A stretch of DNA of 64,000 nt from Felis catus (lineage: Eukaryota), in assembly GCF_018350175.1 (NCBI RefSeq), contig NC_058383.1, positions 15,378,001 to 15,442,000 on the forward strand. Direction: 5' to 3'. Every line of letters starts with the position of its first letter. Position 1 is the stretch's first letter. Positions 1-11,722 of this stretch are shown here, piece after piece. The translations under genes were made by a program, and so were the position numbers. Below the pieces are notes generated by a model. It saw only the letters and a program-made list of their open reading frames with translations. It ran no database searches and was not told where the DNA came from.

Positions 1-515
1 AGGGGCACTTGTACCCCAATGTTTATAGCAGCACTCTCAACAATAGCCAAATTATGGAAAGAGCTTAAATGTCCATCAACTGATGAATGGATAAAGAAAT
101 TGTGGTTTATATACACAATGGAATACTACGTGGCAATGAGAAAGAATGAAATATGGCTTTTTGTAGCAACGTGGATGGAACTGGAGAGTGTTAGGCTAAC
201 TGAAATAAGTCATACAGAGAAAGAGAGATACCATATGTTTTCACTCTTATGTGGATATCCTGAGAAACTTAACAGAAGACCATGGGGGAGGGGAAGGGAA
301 AAAGAAAAAGTTAGAGAGGGAGACAGCCAAACCATAAGAGGCTCTTAAAAACTGAGAATAAACTGAGGGTTGGTGGGTGGTTGGAGGGAGGGGAGGGTGG
401 GTGATGGGCATTGAGGAGGGCATCTGTTAGGATGAGCACTGGGTGTTGTATAGAAACCAATTTGACAATAAATTTCATATTAAAAAAATAAATGAATGTG
501 TAAAAAAAAAAAAGG
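1..515 (+). mobile_element. Young felid L1 3' end (ORF2 C-terminus, 3' UTR, poly-A); continues off the left edge
   Basis: [28 protein letters not shown]2 C-terminal peptide, G-rich 3' UTR, A-tail at 500-512. Confidence 0.93.
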
Positions 516-705
516 AAAGAAAGAAACCAGACACAAAAATGCATACCGAATGATTCCATTTTTAAGCAACTCTATAGAAAAAAGCAACCTAACACATATT
601 GTCAGAAAGAAAATCAATTTGCCTGGTGCTAGGATAAGACGAGAGAAATTAACTGGGAGGCAGAGCACAAGGGAACCTCCAGGACTAACGTAAATGTCCT
701 TCATC

Positions 706-933
706 TTTTTTTTAATATGTATTTTTAGATGTTTATTTATTTTTGAGAGACAGAGAGCATGTGTGCCTGCAAATGGGAGAGGGGCAGAGAGACAGGGGGA
801 CAGAGAATCCCAAGCAGGCTTCACGCTGCCAGCACAGAGCCCAACATGGGGCTTGAACTCACGAATCATAAGATCATGACCTGGGCCAAAGCCAAAAGTC
901 CGACACTTAACTAACTGAGCCACCCAGGTGCCC
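706..933 (-). mobile_element. CAN SINE (SINEC)
   Basis: Reverse-complement SINE head; TSD aaatgtccttcatctt on both sides. Confidence 0.93.
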
Positions 934-1027
934 AGAAAATGTCCTTCATCTTGATCGTGGTCACAGTCACACAGATGTACACATATACCAAAACTCACTG
1001 AACTGTATCTTTAAACAAATGCATTTC

Positions 1028-1255
1028 AGGGAGCCTGGGTGGTTTAGTAGGTTAAGTGACCAACTTCGGCTCAGGTCTTGATCTCACAGTTCATGGGTCC
1101 CAGTCCCACATCGGGCTCTGTGCTGATAGCTCAGAGCCTGGAGCCTGCTTCAGATTCTGTCTCTCCCTCTCTCTCTGTCCCTCCCCAATTTGCACACACT
1201 CTCTCTCTCTCTCTCTCTCTCTCTCAAAAATAAATAAAACATTTTTTAAAAATTT
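1028..1255 (+). mobile_element. CAN SINE (SINEC_Fc-like)
   Basis: Head, (CT)n and A-tail; TSD ttaaacaaatgcatttca. Confidence 0.93.
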
Positions 1256-1593
1256 TAAACAAATGCATTTCACTGTACATAAACAAAGCTTCAATAAAGT
1301 GGATTTTTAAAAATTTATCCAGCCAAACACTTGTTTATAAGTAGCCCACCTAAAATATAAGCATGCACAATGATTGAAGTTACATGAAGGAAAAAAAAAG
1401 AAAGACTGGGCAAGAATTAGTAATCAAATGAAATTTAGTATCTTTATATTAATATCACAAAGTGTAGACTTTAAAGCAAAAAGGCATTATTATGGATAAA
1501 GGGGATGACTAAATAATGATAAGACAAATAATCAGTTATATAAAATAAATTTCATTGCTGTTTTATTACCCAACAATTAAAAATACCCTCTTT

Positions 1594-1782
1594 TGGGGTG
1601 CCTGGGTGGCTCAGTCAGTTGAGCATCCAACTCTTGATTCCACCTCAGGTCATGATCTCACCATTCATGAGTTTCAGCGCCCCTGTCAGGCTCTACAACT
1701 GCTTGGGATTCTGTCTCTGCCCCTCTCCCACTCACACTCACTCGCTCTCTCTCAAAATAAATGGATAAACTTAAGAAAAAAG
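1594..1782 (+). mobile_element. CAN SINE
   Basis: ggggtgcctgggtggctcagtcagttgagc head, CT-rich tract, A-tail. Confidence 0.9.
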
Positions 1783-1907
1783 TACCCTGTTTTCACTAGT
1801 ATATGACAAATTTATAAACACTAACCATTTCTACCAGACATATAGTACTTCTCAGTAAATTTTAAATAACTTGTACTAAAAATCACATGCTATAATTTGG
1901 TTGAGTT

Positions 1908-2130
1908 TCTTTTTAAGTTTATTTATTTTGAGAGAGAGAGAAAGAGCATGTGTGTGCATGCACACATGTCAGTAGGGAGAGGGGCAGTGAGGCAAAGAGA
2001 ATCCCAAGCAGGCTCCATGCTGTCAGCACAGAGCCCAATGCAGGGCTTGAACTCACAAACCTTGAGATCATGACCTAAGCCAAAATCAGGAGTCAGATGT
2101 TTAACAAAATGAGCCACCCAGGTGTCTCCA
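1908..2130 (-). mobile_element. CAN SINE
   Basis: Reverse-complement SINE; TSD-like aatttggttga flanks. Confidence 0.9.
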
Positions 2131-2254
2131 ATTTGGTTGAAATTTAAAAACAAAAATATTATCTCCCAAATCTAATTTATGTGTAACTTTTCTAAATATG
2201 TCTTTGGAAGCCATAATATAAATTAGAAAATATTTACAATTGAATAATAAAATT

Positions 2255-4495
2255 AAGTAATCAAGTCACAGGATACAAAATACCCAGAAATTGGCTGCTT
2301 CTACACACTAGTAACACAGTAGCAGAAAGAGAAATTAAGAAAACAATCCCATTTACAATGGTACCAAAAAGAATAAAATACACAGGAATAAACTTAACCA
2401 AGGAGGTGAAAGACCTGTACTCCGAAAACCATAAAACACTTATGAAAGGAACTGAAGATGTCACAAACAAATGGAAAGGCATCCCATGCTCATGGATTAG
2501 AAGCACTAATATTGTCAGAATGTCCATACTATCCAAAGCTATCTATAGATTCAATATAATACCAACAGCATTTTTCACAGAACTAGAGCAAATAATTATA
2601 AAATTTATATGGAACTATAAAACTTATATGGAATTTATATGGAACCACAAAAGACCCAAATACCCAAAATAATCTTGAGAGAAAAGAAAAAAGCTAGAGG
2701 TGTCACAATTCCAGATTTCAAGATGTACTACAAAGCTGCAGTAATCAAAACAGTACAGACACGAAAATAGACACATAGCTCAATGGAACATGATAGAGAG
2801 TCCAGAAACAAACCCAGCCTTCAATGGTCAGTTAATCTATGACAAAGGAGGAAAGAACATACAATGAGAAAAGGACAGTGTCCTCAATAAATGGTGCTGG
2901 GAAAACTGGACAGCCACGTGCAAAAGAATGAATCTGGATCACTTTCTTTTTTTTTTTAATTTGTTTTAACATTTTATTTATTTTTGAGACAGGGAGAGAC
3001 AGAGCATGAACAGGGGAGGGTCAGAGAGAGGGAGACACAGAATCTGAAACAGGCTCCAGGCTCTGAGCTGGCAGCATAAAGCCCAAAGCGGGGCTTGAAC
3101 TCACACACCGTGAGATCATGACCTGAGCCGAAGTCGGCCGCTTAACCGACTGAGCCACCCAGGCGCCCCTGGATCACTTTCTAACACCATAAACAAAAAG
3201 AAACTCAAAATGAATTAAAAACCTAAATGTGAGACCTGAAACCATAAAAAATGCCTAGAAGACAGCATAGGCAGTAATTTCTTTGACATCAGCCATAGCA
3301 ACATTTTTCTAGATATGTCTCCTCAAGTGAGGTTAACAAAAGCAAAATTAAACTACTGGGACTACAGCAAAAAAAAGAAAAGAAAAAAAAAAAAAAACCT
3401 TCTGCACAGCAAAGGAAACAATCAACAAAACTAAAAGGCAACTACTAAATGGGAGAAGATGTTTGTAAATATCTTCTGATAAGGGGTTAGTATCCAAAAC
3501 ATATAAAGAACGTGTACAACTCAACACCAAAAAGCAAATAATCTGATTTAAAATGGGCACAGGGCCTGAATGGGCAGTTTTTAAAAGAAGACATCCAGAT
3601 GGCCAACAGACACATAAAAAAATGCTCAACATCACCAGGCATCAAGGAAATGCAAATCAACATTACAATGAGATATCACCTCCTACCTGTCAGAATAGCT
3701 AGAGTAAAAAAGACAGGAAATAACAAGCATTTGTGAGGGTGTGGAGAAAAAGGAACTCTGGTGCACAGTTGTTGGGAATGTAAATTGCTACAGCCACTGG
3801 GGAAAACAGTGTGGAGATTCTTTAAAAAATTATCAATAAAATTACCATATGATTCAATAATTCCACTACTGAGTACTTACCCAAAGGAAATGAGAAGATA
3901 CATTCACCCCACTTTATTGCAGCATTATTTACAACAGCCACAATATGGAAGCAGCCCAAGTGTCCATCAACAGACATTTGGATAAAGAAGATGTGGCGTA
4001 TACATACAGTGGAATATTACTCAACCACCAAAAAGAATGAGGTGCTGCTATGTGCTACAACTTGGACGGACCTCCAGGGTATTATGCTACGTGAAATAAG
4101 GCAGACAGAGACAGACAAAGGCCATATATGATTTCATTTATGTGTAGCAACTAAAAACAAAACAAATGAATAAACAAAGATACAAACAAAAAGAATCAGA
4201 GCTATAAATACAGAGAACAAACTGATTCAGGTTGTCAGAGAGGAGAGGAATAAGGGATGGGCAAAATGGGTGAAGGAGAGTGATAGATACCGGCTTCCAC
4301 TTACGGAATGAATACATCACAAAAATAAAAGATGCAGACAAGGAAATAACATTCAAGTGCATTGTAACAATGCTGTATGGTGACAGACGAGAGTTATGCT
4401 TGTAAACACAGCATAAGGTATAAACTTGCTGAATCACTGTATCGCATACCTGAATCTACTGTGTGTGTCAACTATATTCCAATTAAAAAAATAAT
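2255..4495 (+). mobile_element. Carnivore L1, 5'-truncated (ORF2 RT/C-terminal remnant plus 3' UTR), with a SINE inserted
   Basis: Degenerate ORF2 peptides (KRIKYTGINLTKEVKDLY, KWKGIPCSWI); A-rich end near 4490. Confidence 0.9.
2948..3169 (-). mobile_element. CAN SINE (SINEC_Fc)
   Basis: Reverse-complement SINE with TSD tggatcactttct, inside L1. Confidence 0.95.
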
Positions 4496-4919
4496 TGAAA
4501 AATAATTAACTAATCAAAATCTATGGAACATAGCTGAAGAAGTACTTAGATGAATATTCCTGATTAATGATTTATAGAAGACTGAATATTAATGAGCTAA
4601 CAGTCTAATTTAAGTTAGAAAAAGAACAGGGGAGTAAAACAAAAAAAAAAAATAGACTATTGAACAAGATAACAAAGCTGTGATGCAAAGGATTCACAAA
4701 GCTAAAATCTATGTCTTCAAAAAGACAAAAACTTGGCAAATCCCTGACAAAATTGGTTGAGGAAAAACAAATGCGTAAATATATAATATTAGAAAAGGAA
4801 ATGGGGATTACTTCTAAAACCAGCAGAGCTTTAGGTAAATTTGAATGAAAGGCTGAACAGAAACTGATTATTACAGATGGTTACGGATTCGGTCACCACA
4901 GCCATTCATTTTTACTTAC

Positions 4920-5038
4920 CGCCAACAGAAGACACATTTATTTGCACATGCCAAGCTTGGGGTAGTTTCCATGCAACGATGGCTTTCGATACCATAAAAT
5001 GTATGTTTGTAGCAACCTCCTCTCCCTCGGAGCATCGA
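4920..5038 (-). CDS. TYW1: TYW1 internal coding exon (119 bp, phase 0-2), SMLRGRGGCYKHTFYGIESHRCMETTPSLACANKCVFCW(R); radical SAM CxxxCxxC motif
   Basis: Minus strand ttttgcag|TCGATG...TGTTGGCG|gtaagt; CANKCVFC motif and GGCYKHTFYGI signature of the TYW1 family. Confidence 0.98.
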
Positions 5039-5639
5039 CTGCAAAAGTAAAAAACAAATGATAATTTGAATAAAACCCTCAAGGCAAAGAAAACACCAAG
5101 GCATCATTTTTAAGAAAAAAAGGTGCATTTCATAACCATAAATGCCCCTACGGTATCCGCATGATGCAGAAAATTAACATTATAGTGTTTTGATGGTGCT
5201 TTAAATTTTCTAAAACCCAATGAAATAAACCTATGATCCATTAGCTCTGAAAGCCCTATAGAGAAGATGGCACTGATGCTTTCATTTTCAAATCCATTCA
5301 ACCGCTTCAGATAGTATTAGTACAATAATATGTAACACCAAGGGATAGATAAGACAGGCTCCTAGAGGGGAGTAGCACTCCTAAGAAAGAGTATCTCTGC
5401 TTTGAGAAAGGGAGAGTGAGTAAGGGAATGCGTCCTAGAGCATATTCTATGTCAATTGAATGGTGGAACTTGAACATACTGAAACTGCTGAGGGGACAAG
5501 TGGCATGTGTGTTAAGAGACAGATTTTCCCCCCAAAAGGACACGATTTAATATGTGAGTGGTAAAACTGCGGTGAGTCTAGTAAGAATAAATAATTTGAA
5601 GAAATACTGTAAGATAAACTTAGAGTTGGAATCACAAGA

Positions 5640-5900
5640 TATTATCAAGCTTTTTCAGATGTCATCAGAAAAATCCATCTAGAAACTCTGCAAGATAGGC
5701 CTGATTTCGGTAAAAGTGAAACCTGTGAGGAGGCTACGCAAAAAAGATCATGGTGAGTTGGCTCATATTATTGGAGGAAAGGGGAAGAGTGCTAAGGAGG
5801 TACAATCAAAGGTATTCTCCATTAGAGAGGCAAAACAAAGTCATCCAGGCAAAATGAAGTCATCCAAGATAATGGAGATGTTGCCTCATCTCAACTGTGA
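5640..5900 (-). mobile_element. Possible very old L2-like endonuclease-region fragment
   Basis: Minus strand attatcttggatgacttcattttgcctggatgac resembles the L2 IILGDFN..DD coding region; weak match. Confidence 0.3.
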
Positions 5901-6367
5901 CTGAAATATCATGGAATTAACAACAGGAAAAATGAGGAGACACAAGGAGCCCATATGTGTGCGTGTGCATGTGTGTATGTGTGTGTATACGCTATACATC
6001 AGTGTGCTCTAACGTTATGATGCTATCCACAATGAAAGAAAGTTATAAAAAAAAATCTACCAGCTTGATTATTATGTTGGTTAATCACAAAGTCTTTTAT
6101 TTTATTTTTTCCTGATAGAAAAGCGTACTCCAGTCCATCACATTTGGTACTTGGATTAGGAAAACTAAGGAGTGAAGGAAAAATATTGTTCAAGATAACT
6201 ACGAATTCTCTTCCAATTTGCCAATAAAATATCCAGAAGGCAAACAAAACATTCAGATCTTGCAAACAGCACTGAAAACTAAAAATAAAAGCCCACTAAA
6301 TGCCAAAATCACAGCGTAATTACCACTAAATATCAGGGCATTGGGAAAACAAGGTTGAAGACCTGCA

Positions 6368-6520
6368 CATTTCATTATTTACTGAAAGGTTAATATACCT
6401 GAAGCATGCCGTGTGTTGAATGTACAATAATGAACAAGACAGAGACCCAACCATGATCTAGTTTGAGGAGGAAATGGCAAGTAAACAGGCAAAACGTGCA
6501 ATACTATTATGCTAGGGTGA
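6368..6520 (-). mobile_element. L2 3' end fragment
   Basis: ttcattatttactga...tgaacaagacagagaccc...atctagt pattern typical of reverse-oriented L2. Confidence 0.55.
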
Positions 6521-7016
6521 TTGAATCAATCAAGATTCTTTTGCAAGCAACAGAAACGGACTCTGGCTAAAGAAAAGGGATTTGTTAAAAGGACCCCACA
6601 GATCACAGAATCTTTAGAAAGGCGGGAACGAAGGACGGCTGGCCACAGGACCACCCCTCAATCCCTCAGAAGCCATCTACTGTAGACGCCACCGCTCTGT
6701 GGCTACCATGACCACGACCACCCCTGAAATGGAGATGCCTCTGCCACGAGCCCAAGAATGAACCCTCCACGTCCCAGCCCTTCTGTCTCTCACTCCACAC
6801 TCAAAGTCTTGGGCAAAGAGAATGACCAGCCTTGATGATACTGTTATACCCCCGCTGCCAGCACATGGTACCAGCAAACAGTATCTCTCCTCCTTAACTT
6901 CTGAAGCAGGCAATGGGCCCCTGCCCTAAACAAAGCTAATTCAAAAGGGAATTCCCCAAACATGAAAAGACCCAGATGCCGGGCAGGGCAAGCAGAGAAA
7001 AGACAAATGTCCAGTA
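6521..7016 (-). mobile_element. MaLR LTR (old MLT1-type)
   Basis: gattcttttgcaagcaacagaaacggactctggctaa start and aaatgtccagta end resemble reverse MLT1K/L/N LTRs. Confidence 0.55.
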
Positions 7017-7201
7017 AGGTATTACGAGAGCCTGAGAGACGGATGACTGACCCAGCCAGCCTCACCGGACAAGTGACAACTTCCCAGAGGTGTGATGTCC
7101 AAACAGCACTGAAGTACTGATGAAAGGATAAACGGATAAGAGAGACAGAGTCATGTGAGAAGAGGGATGACACGTTTCTCTTTTAAAAACGCTTTTTTTC
7201 T

Positions 7202-7370
7202 GGGGCACCTGGGTGGCTCAGTTAGTTGAGCATCCGACTCGGGGTTTGGGCTCAGGTCATGATCTCCCAACTGAGTTCAAGCCCCGTATTGATTCTCTCT
7301 CTCTCCCTCTCTCTCTCTGCCCTCCACCACTCACGCTGTCTCTCTGAAAATAAATAAACTTAAAATTTTA
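7202..7370 (+). mobile_element. CAN SINE
   Basis: ggggcacctgggtggctcag head, CT tract, aaataaataaactt tail. Confidence 0.9.
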
Positions 7371-8116
7371 AAACTGTTTTTTTTTCTAAAAGTTGTAGAG
7401 TTTTACTTTATTTACTGTAGTTCATGGCCCACGTTCAGTTAATTTTTATGTAAGATGTGAAGTTTAAAAGCAACGCGTTATGTGTGCAGGTACTTCGGGT
7501 GTGTGCATTTTGGTGGTGGTTTTCTGCCTGTGGATGTCTAATTATCCCAACATTTGTTGAAAAGGTTATCCTTCCTCCAAGGAATTGCTTTCGCACCTTT
7601 GTAAAAAGTCGTTTAGGCATGTTTGTGGGTTTCTTTCTGGGATCTCTAACCTGTTCTGTCAATCTGTGGGTCTGATACGGTAAGCTATAATATCAGGATG
7701 TAGGATTCCTCCTATTTTCTTCTTCTTCCTCAACACTGTTTAGGCTCTTCTATTTCTACAAAAACCTTACTGGGATTTTAATAGGAATTACATTAAACCT
7801 ATAGATCAATTTGGGGAAAACTGACATTTTGCTGTACTGAGTCCTCTAATGAAACAACATTTATTTAGATTTACATTTAGATTTTTATTTACATTTACAC
7901 TTAGATTTTCATTGATTTCTGATCTGATATCTTGCCTCATTTCTAATGTAAGCATTTACTGCTGTAAATTTCCCTATGAGCACTGCTTGAGCTACAACCC
8001 ACGTACAGTTTGTTTTATTTTTATTACCACCATTCAGCTGTATGTTTTGTTTTTTTTTTTCCTTTTCTTTTGAGACTTCTTCTTTGACCCAGGGTTTATT
8101 TAGAAATGTGTTAATT

Positions 8117-10337
8117 AAACTCAAAAAACAACAGAGGTTGGAGAGGATGCAGAGAAAGGGGAACACTTTTACACTGTTGGTGGGAATGCAAACTGGCACA
8201 GCCACTCTGGAAAACAGTATGAAGGTTCCCCAAAATATCAATAGGCAATCTCTATCAAAATAACACCAGCATTCTTCACAGAGCTAGAACAAACAATCCT
8301 CAAATTTGTATGGAACCAGAAAAGACTCCAAATACCAAAAGCAATCCTGAAAAAGAAAACCAAAGCTGGACACATCACAATCCCAGACTTCAAGCTGTAT
8401 TACAAAGCTGTAATCAAGAAAGTATGGTACTGGCACAAAAACAGACACTCAGATCAATGGAACAGAATAGAGAACCCAGAAATGGACCCACAAACACATG
8501 GCCAACTAATCTTTGACAAAGCGGGAAAGAATATCTAATGGGATAAAGACAGCCTCCTCAGCAAATAGTGCTGGGAAAACTGGACAGCAAAGTGCAGAAA
8601 AATGAACCAGGATCACTTTCTTACACCATACACAAAAATAAACTCAAAATAAGATGGGAAGCCATCAAAATCCTCGAGGACAAAGCAGGCAAAAACCACT
8701 TTGACCTCAGCCACAGCAACTTCTTACTCAACACGTCTCTGGAGGCAAGGGAAACAAAAGCAAAAATGAACTATTTGGGACCTCATCAAAATAAAAACCT
8801 TCTGCACACCAAAGGAAACAATCAGCAAAACTAAAAGGCAACCAACGGAATGGGAGAAGATATTTGCAAATGACATATCAGATAAAGATTTAGTATCCAA
8901 AATCTATAGAGAACTTCTAAAACTTAACACCCAAAAATCAAATAATCCAGTGAAGAAATGGGCAAAACACATGAATAGACACTTCTCCAAAGAAGACATC
9001 CAGATGACCAACTGACACATGAAAAAACGCTCCACATCGCTCATCATCAGGGAAATACAAACCAAAACCACAGTGAGATGCAACCTCACACCTGTCAGCA
9101 TGGCTAACATTAACAACTCAGGCAACAACAGATGTTGGCAAGGATGTGGAGAAAGAGGATCTCTTTTGCATTGCTGGTGGGAATGCAAGCTGGTGCAGGC
9201 ACTCTAGAAAACAGTATGGAGGTTCCTTAAAAAATTAAAAATAGAACTACGACCCAGCAATTGCACTACTGGGTATCTATTGAAGGGATACAGGTATGCT
9301 GTTTCGAAGGGGCACATGCACCCCAATGTTTATAGCAGCACTATCGACAATAGCCAAAGTATGGAAAGAGCCCAAACATCCATCAACGGGTGAATGGATA
9401 AAGAAGATGTGGTATAGATATACAATGGAGTATTACTCGGAAATCAAAAAGAATGAAATTTTGCCATTTGCAACTACTTGGATAGAACTAGAGGGTATTA
9501 AAAAACTAGTCAGAGAAAGATAAATATCATATGACTTCACTCATATGAGGAATCTAAGATACTAAATAGATGAACATAAGGGAAAGGAAGCAAAAATAAT
9601 ATAAAAATAGGGTGGCAGACAAAACATATGAGACTCTTAAATATAGAAATCAAACAGAGGGTTGCTGGAGGGGTTGTCGGGGGGGATGGGCTAAATGGGT
9701 AAGCAGCATTAAGGAATCTACTCCTAGAATCATTGTTGCACTATATAGGCTAACTTGGATGTAAATTTAAAAAATAAATTAATTTTAAAAAATAATAGAA
9801 CTACCTACAACCCAGCAATTGCATTACTAGGTATTTACCCAAAGGATACAAAAAAGCTGATTCGAAGGGGCACATGCATCCCAATGTTTATAGCAGTATT
9901 ATCAACAACCAAATTATGGAAAGAGCCCAAATGTCCACCAACTGATGAATGGATAAAGAAGATGTGGTATATACACATAATGTAATATTACAGAAATCTT
10001 GCCATTTAGAACAACATGGATGGAACTAGAGTGTATTATCCTAAGCAAAATAAGTCAGAGAAAGACAAATATTGTATGATTTCACTCATATGTCGAATTT
10101 AAGAAACAAAACAGATGAACACAGTGGAAGGGAGGAAAAATAAGATAAAAACAGAGAGGGAGACAAACCATAAGGGACTCTTAAATACAGAGAACTGAGA
10201 ATTGCTGGAGAGGAGGTGGGTAGAGGGAATGGGTTAAATGGGTCATTGCTATTAAGGAGGACACTTGATGGGATGAGCAGTGGGTATTATATGTAAACGA
10301 TGAATCACTAAATTCTACTCCTGAAACCAATATTATT
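8117..10337 (+). mobile_element. Carnivore L1 3' end, split by a second L1 (pieces 8117-8235 and 9790-10337)
   Basis: ggaaaacagtatgaaggttccccaaaat at 8210-8236 continues as aatagaactacctacaacccagc at 9794. Confidence 0.85.
8240..9790 (+). mobile_element. Younger 5'-truncated carnivore/felid L1 nested in another L1
   Basis: Continuous degenerate ORF2 C-terminal half, 3' UTR and A/T-rich tail at 9768-9792. Confidence 0.9.
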
Positions 10338-10400
<63 letters not shown>

Positions 10401-10459
10401 AAAAAGAGAAGGAAGGAAGGAAGGAAGGAAGGAAGGAAGGAAGGAAGGAAGGAAGGGAG
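10338..10459 (+). repeat. Compound (GAAA)~16(GGAA)~11 polypurine microsatellite at an L1 tail
   Basis: Read directly; about 120 nt with no pyrimidine. Confidence 0.97.
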
Positions 10460-11519
10460 TTAGTTTAATTTCTATATAGTTAGAGATTTACCTTTCGATT
10501 CTATTAACTTCTAGCTTGTCCATTATGGTCAGGGAACAACTATATGATTTCAATTCTTGTAAACTCGTTGAGATTGTTCAATGGCCTAGAACATGGTCTG
10601 TCCTGGTCAATGTTCCAAAGGCACTTGAAAAAATATGTATTCTGCTGTTGCTGCATGGTATATTCTTTATCTGTCAATTAGATCCTATTAATCAACTATG
10701 TTGCTCAGATTTTCTAGAACCTTGTGATTTTTAGTCAAGTAGTTCCAGCAGAGGTTGAGAGGGGGTTTCAGAGCCCCCAACAAGAACTGTGAAGTTTTAT
10801 TTTTATAAATTTCTCCATTCAACTAGGTCAGTTTTGAGCCTCCAATGTTTGGTATATACTCACTTAGTATGGATTATCATTTATTCATTATGAAATGTCA
10901 TTCTCTGTCTCTAGAGAAAGTGTCTTTGCTCTGAGGTCAACTTAATCTGATATTTACACAGGCAAACCTGCTTTTTGGATTACTGTCAGCATGGTATATG
11001 GCTTTCTATCATTTTACTCAACCCACCCATGTCACTAAATTTGAAGGGAGCTTCTCACAGACATCATATCTTGGAGTCCTGTTTTTTTTACAGGACTATT
11101 TTGCCAATAGCTATCACTTGATTGGTACACTTAGAATTGTATTTGAAGCAATTACTGATACACTAGCCCTTAAGTCTGCTATTTTATTATGCTTCCTGCT
11201 TGTTTCCTCTCATTCTCATACCTGTTACTCTTTCTTGATTTCCTGCAGGTTACTTAAACGTGTTTTGGGATTACATCTTAATTTATCTTGTTTTTTGGTG
11301 TATCCTTTTGTAAATATTTGTAGTTGTTTGTAGCTCTTTGTATAGTGTTTGCAGTGGTTATTCTGAGTGTTACATACATATACGTGACATGTATATACTG
11401 TATGTGTAGTATATTTACATATATACATGACTTATTATAGTCTGCTGGTATTAACATTTTATACCTCAAGTGAAGTATGGAAACATCACTTCCATTCAAG
11501 TCCCTTTAACTTTCCCTCT

Positions 11520-11722
11520 TTTATTTTTTTTTAATTTTCTTAATGTTTATTTATTTTTGAGAGAGAGAGACAGAGTGCGAGCAGGGGAGGGTCAGAGAGA
11601 GAGGGAGACACAGAATCCGAAGCAGGCTCCGGGCTCTGAGCTGTCAGCAGAGCTGACATGAACTGAGAATCATGACTTGAGCTGAAGTTAGATGCTTAAC
11701 TGACTGAGCCACCCAGGCACCG
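11520..11722 (-). mobile_element. CAN SINE (internally deleted)
   Basis: Reverse-complement SINE ending gccacccaggcacc. Confidence 0.9.

Larger units (their letters stand above)
516..1310 (+). mobile_element. Old L1M 3' UTR fragment interrupted by two SINEs
   Basis: atgattccattt, tcttgatcgtggt, aaaactcactgaactgtatc and ttcaataaagt are typical of L1MC/MD/ME 3' ends. Confidence 0.65.

Noticed and set aside
10338..10459. CRISPR-like or other spacer-repeat array
   Set aside because: Simple tetranucleotide repeats without spacers; no such array seen anywhere in the window
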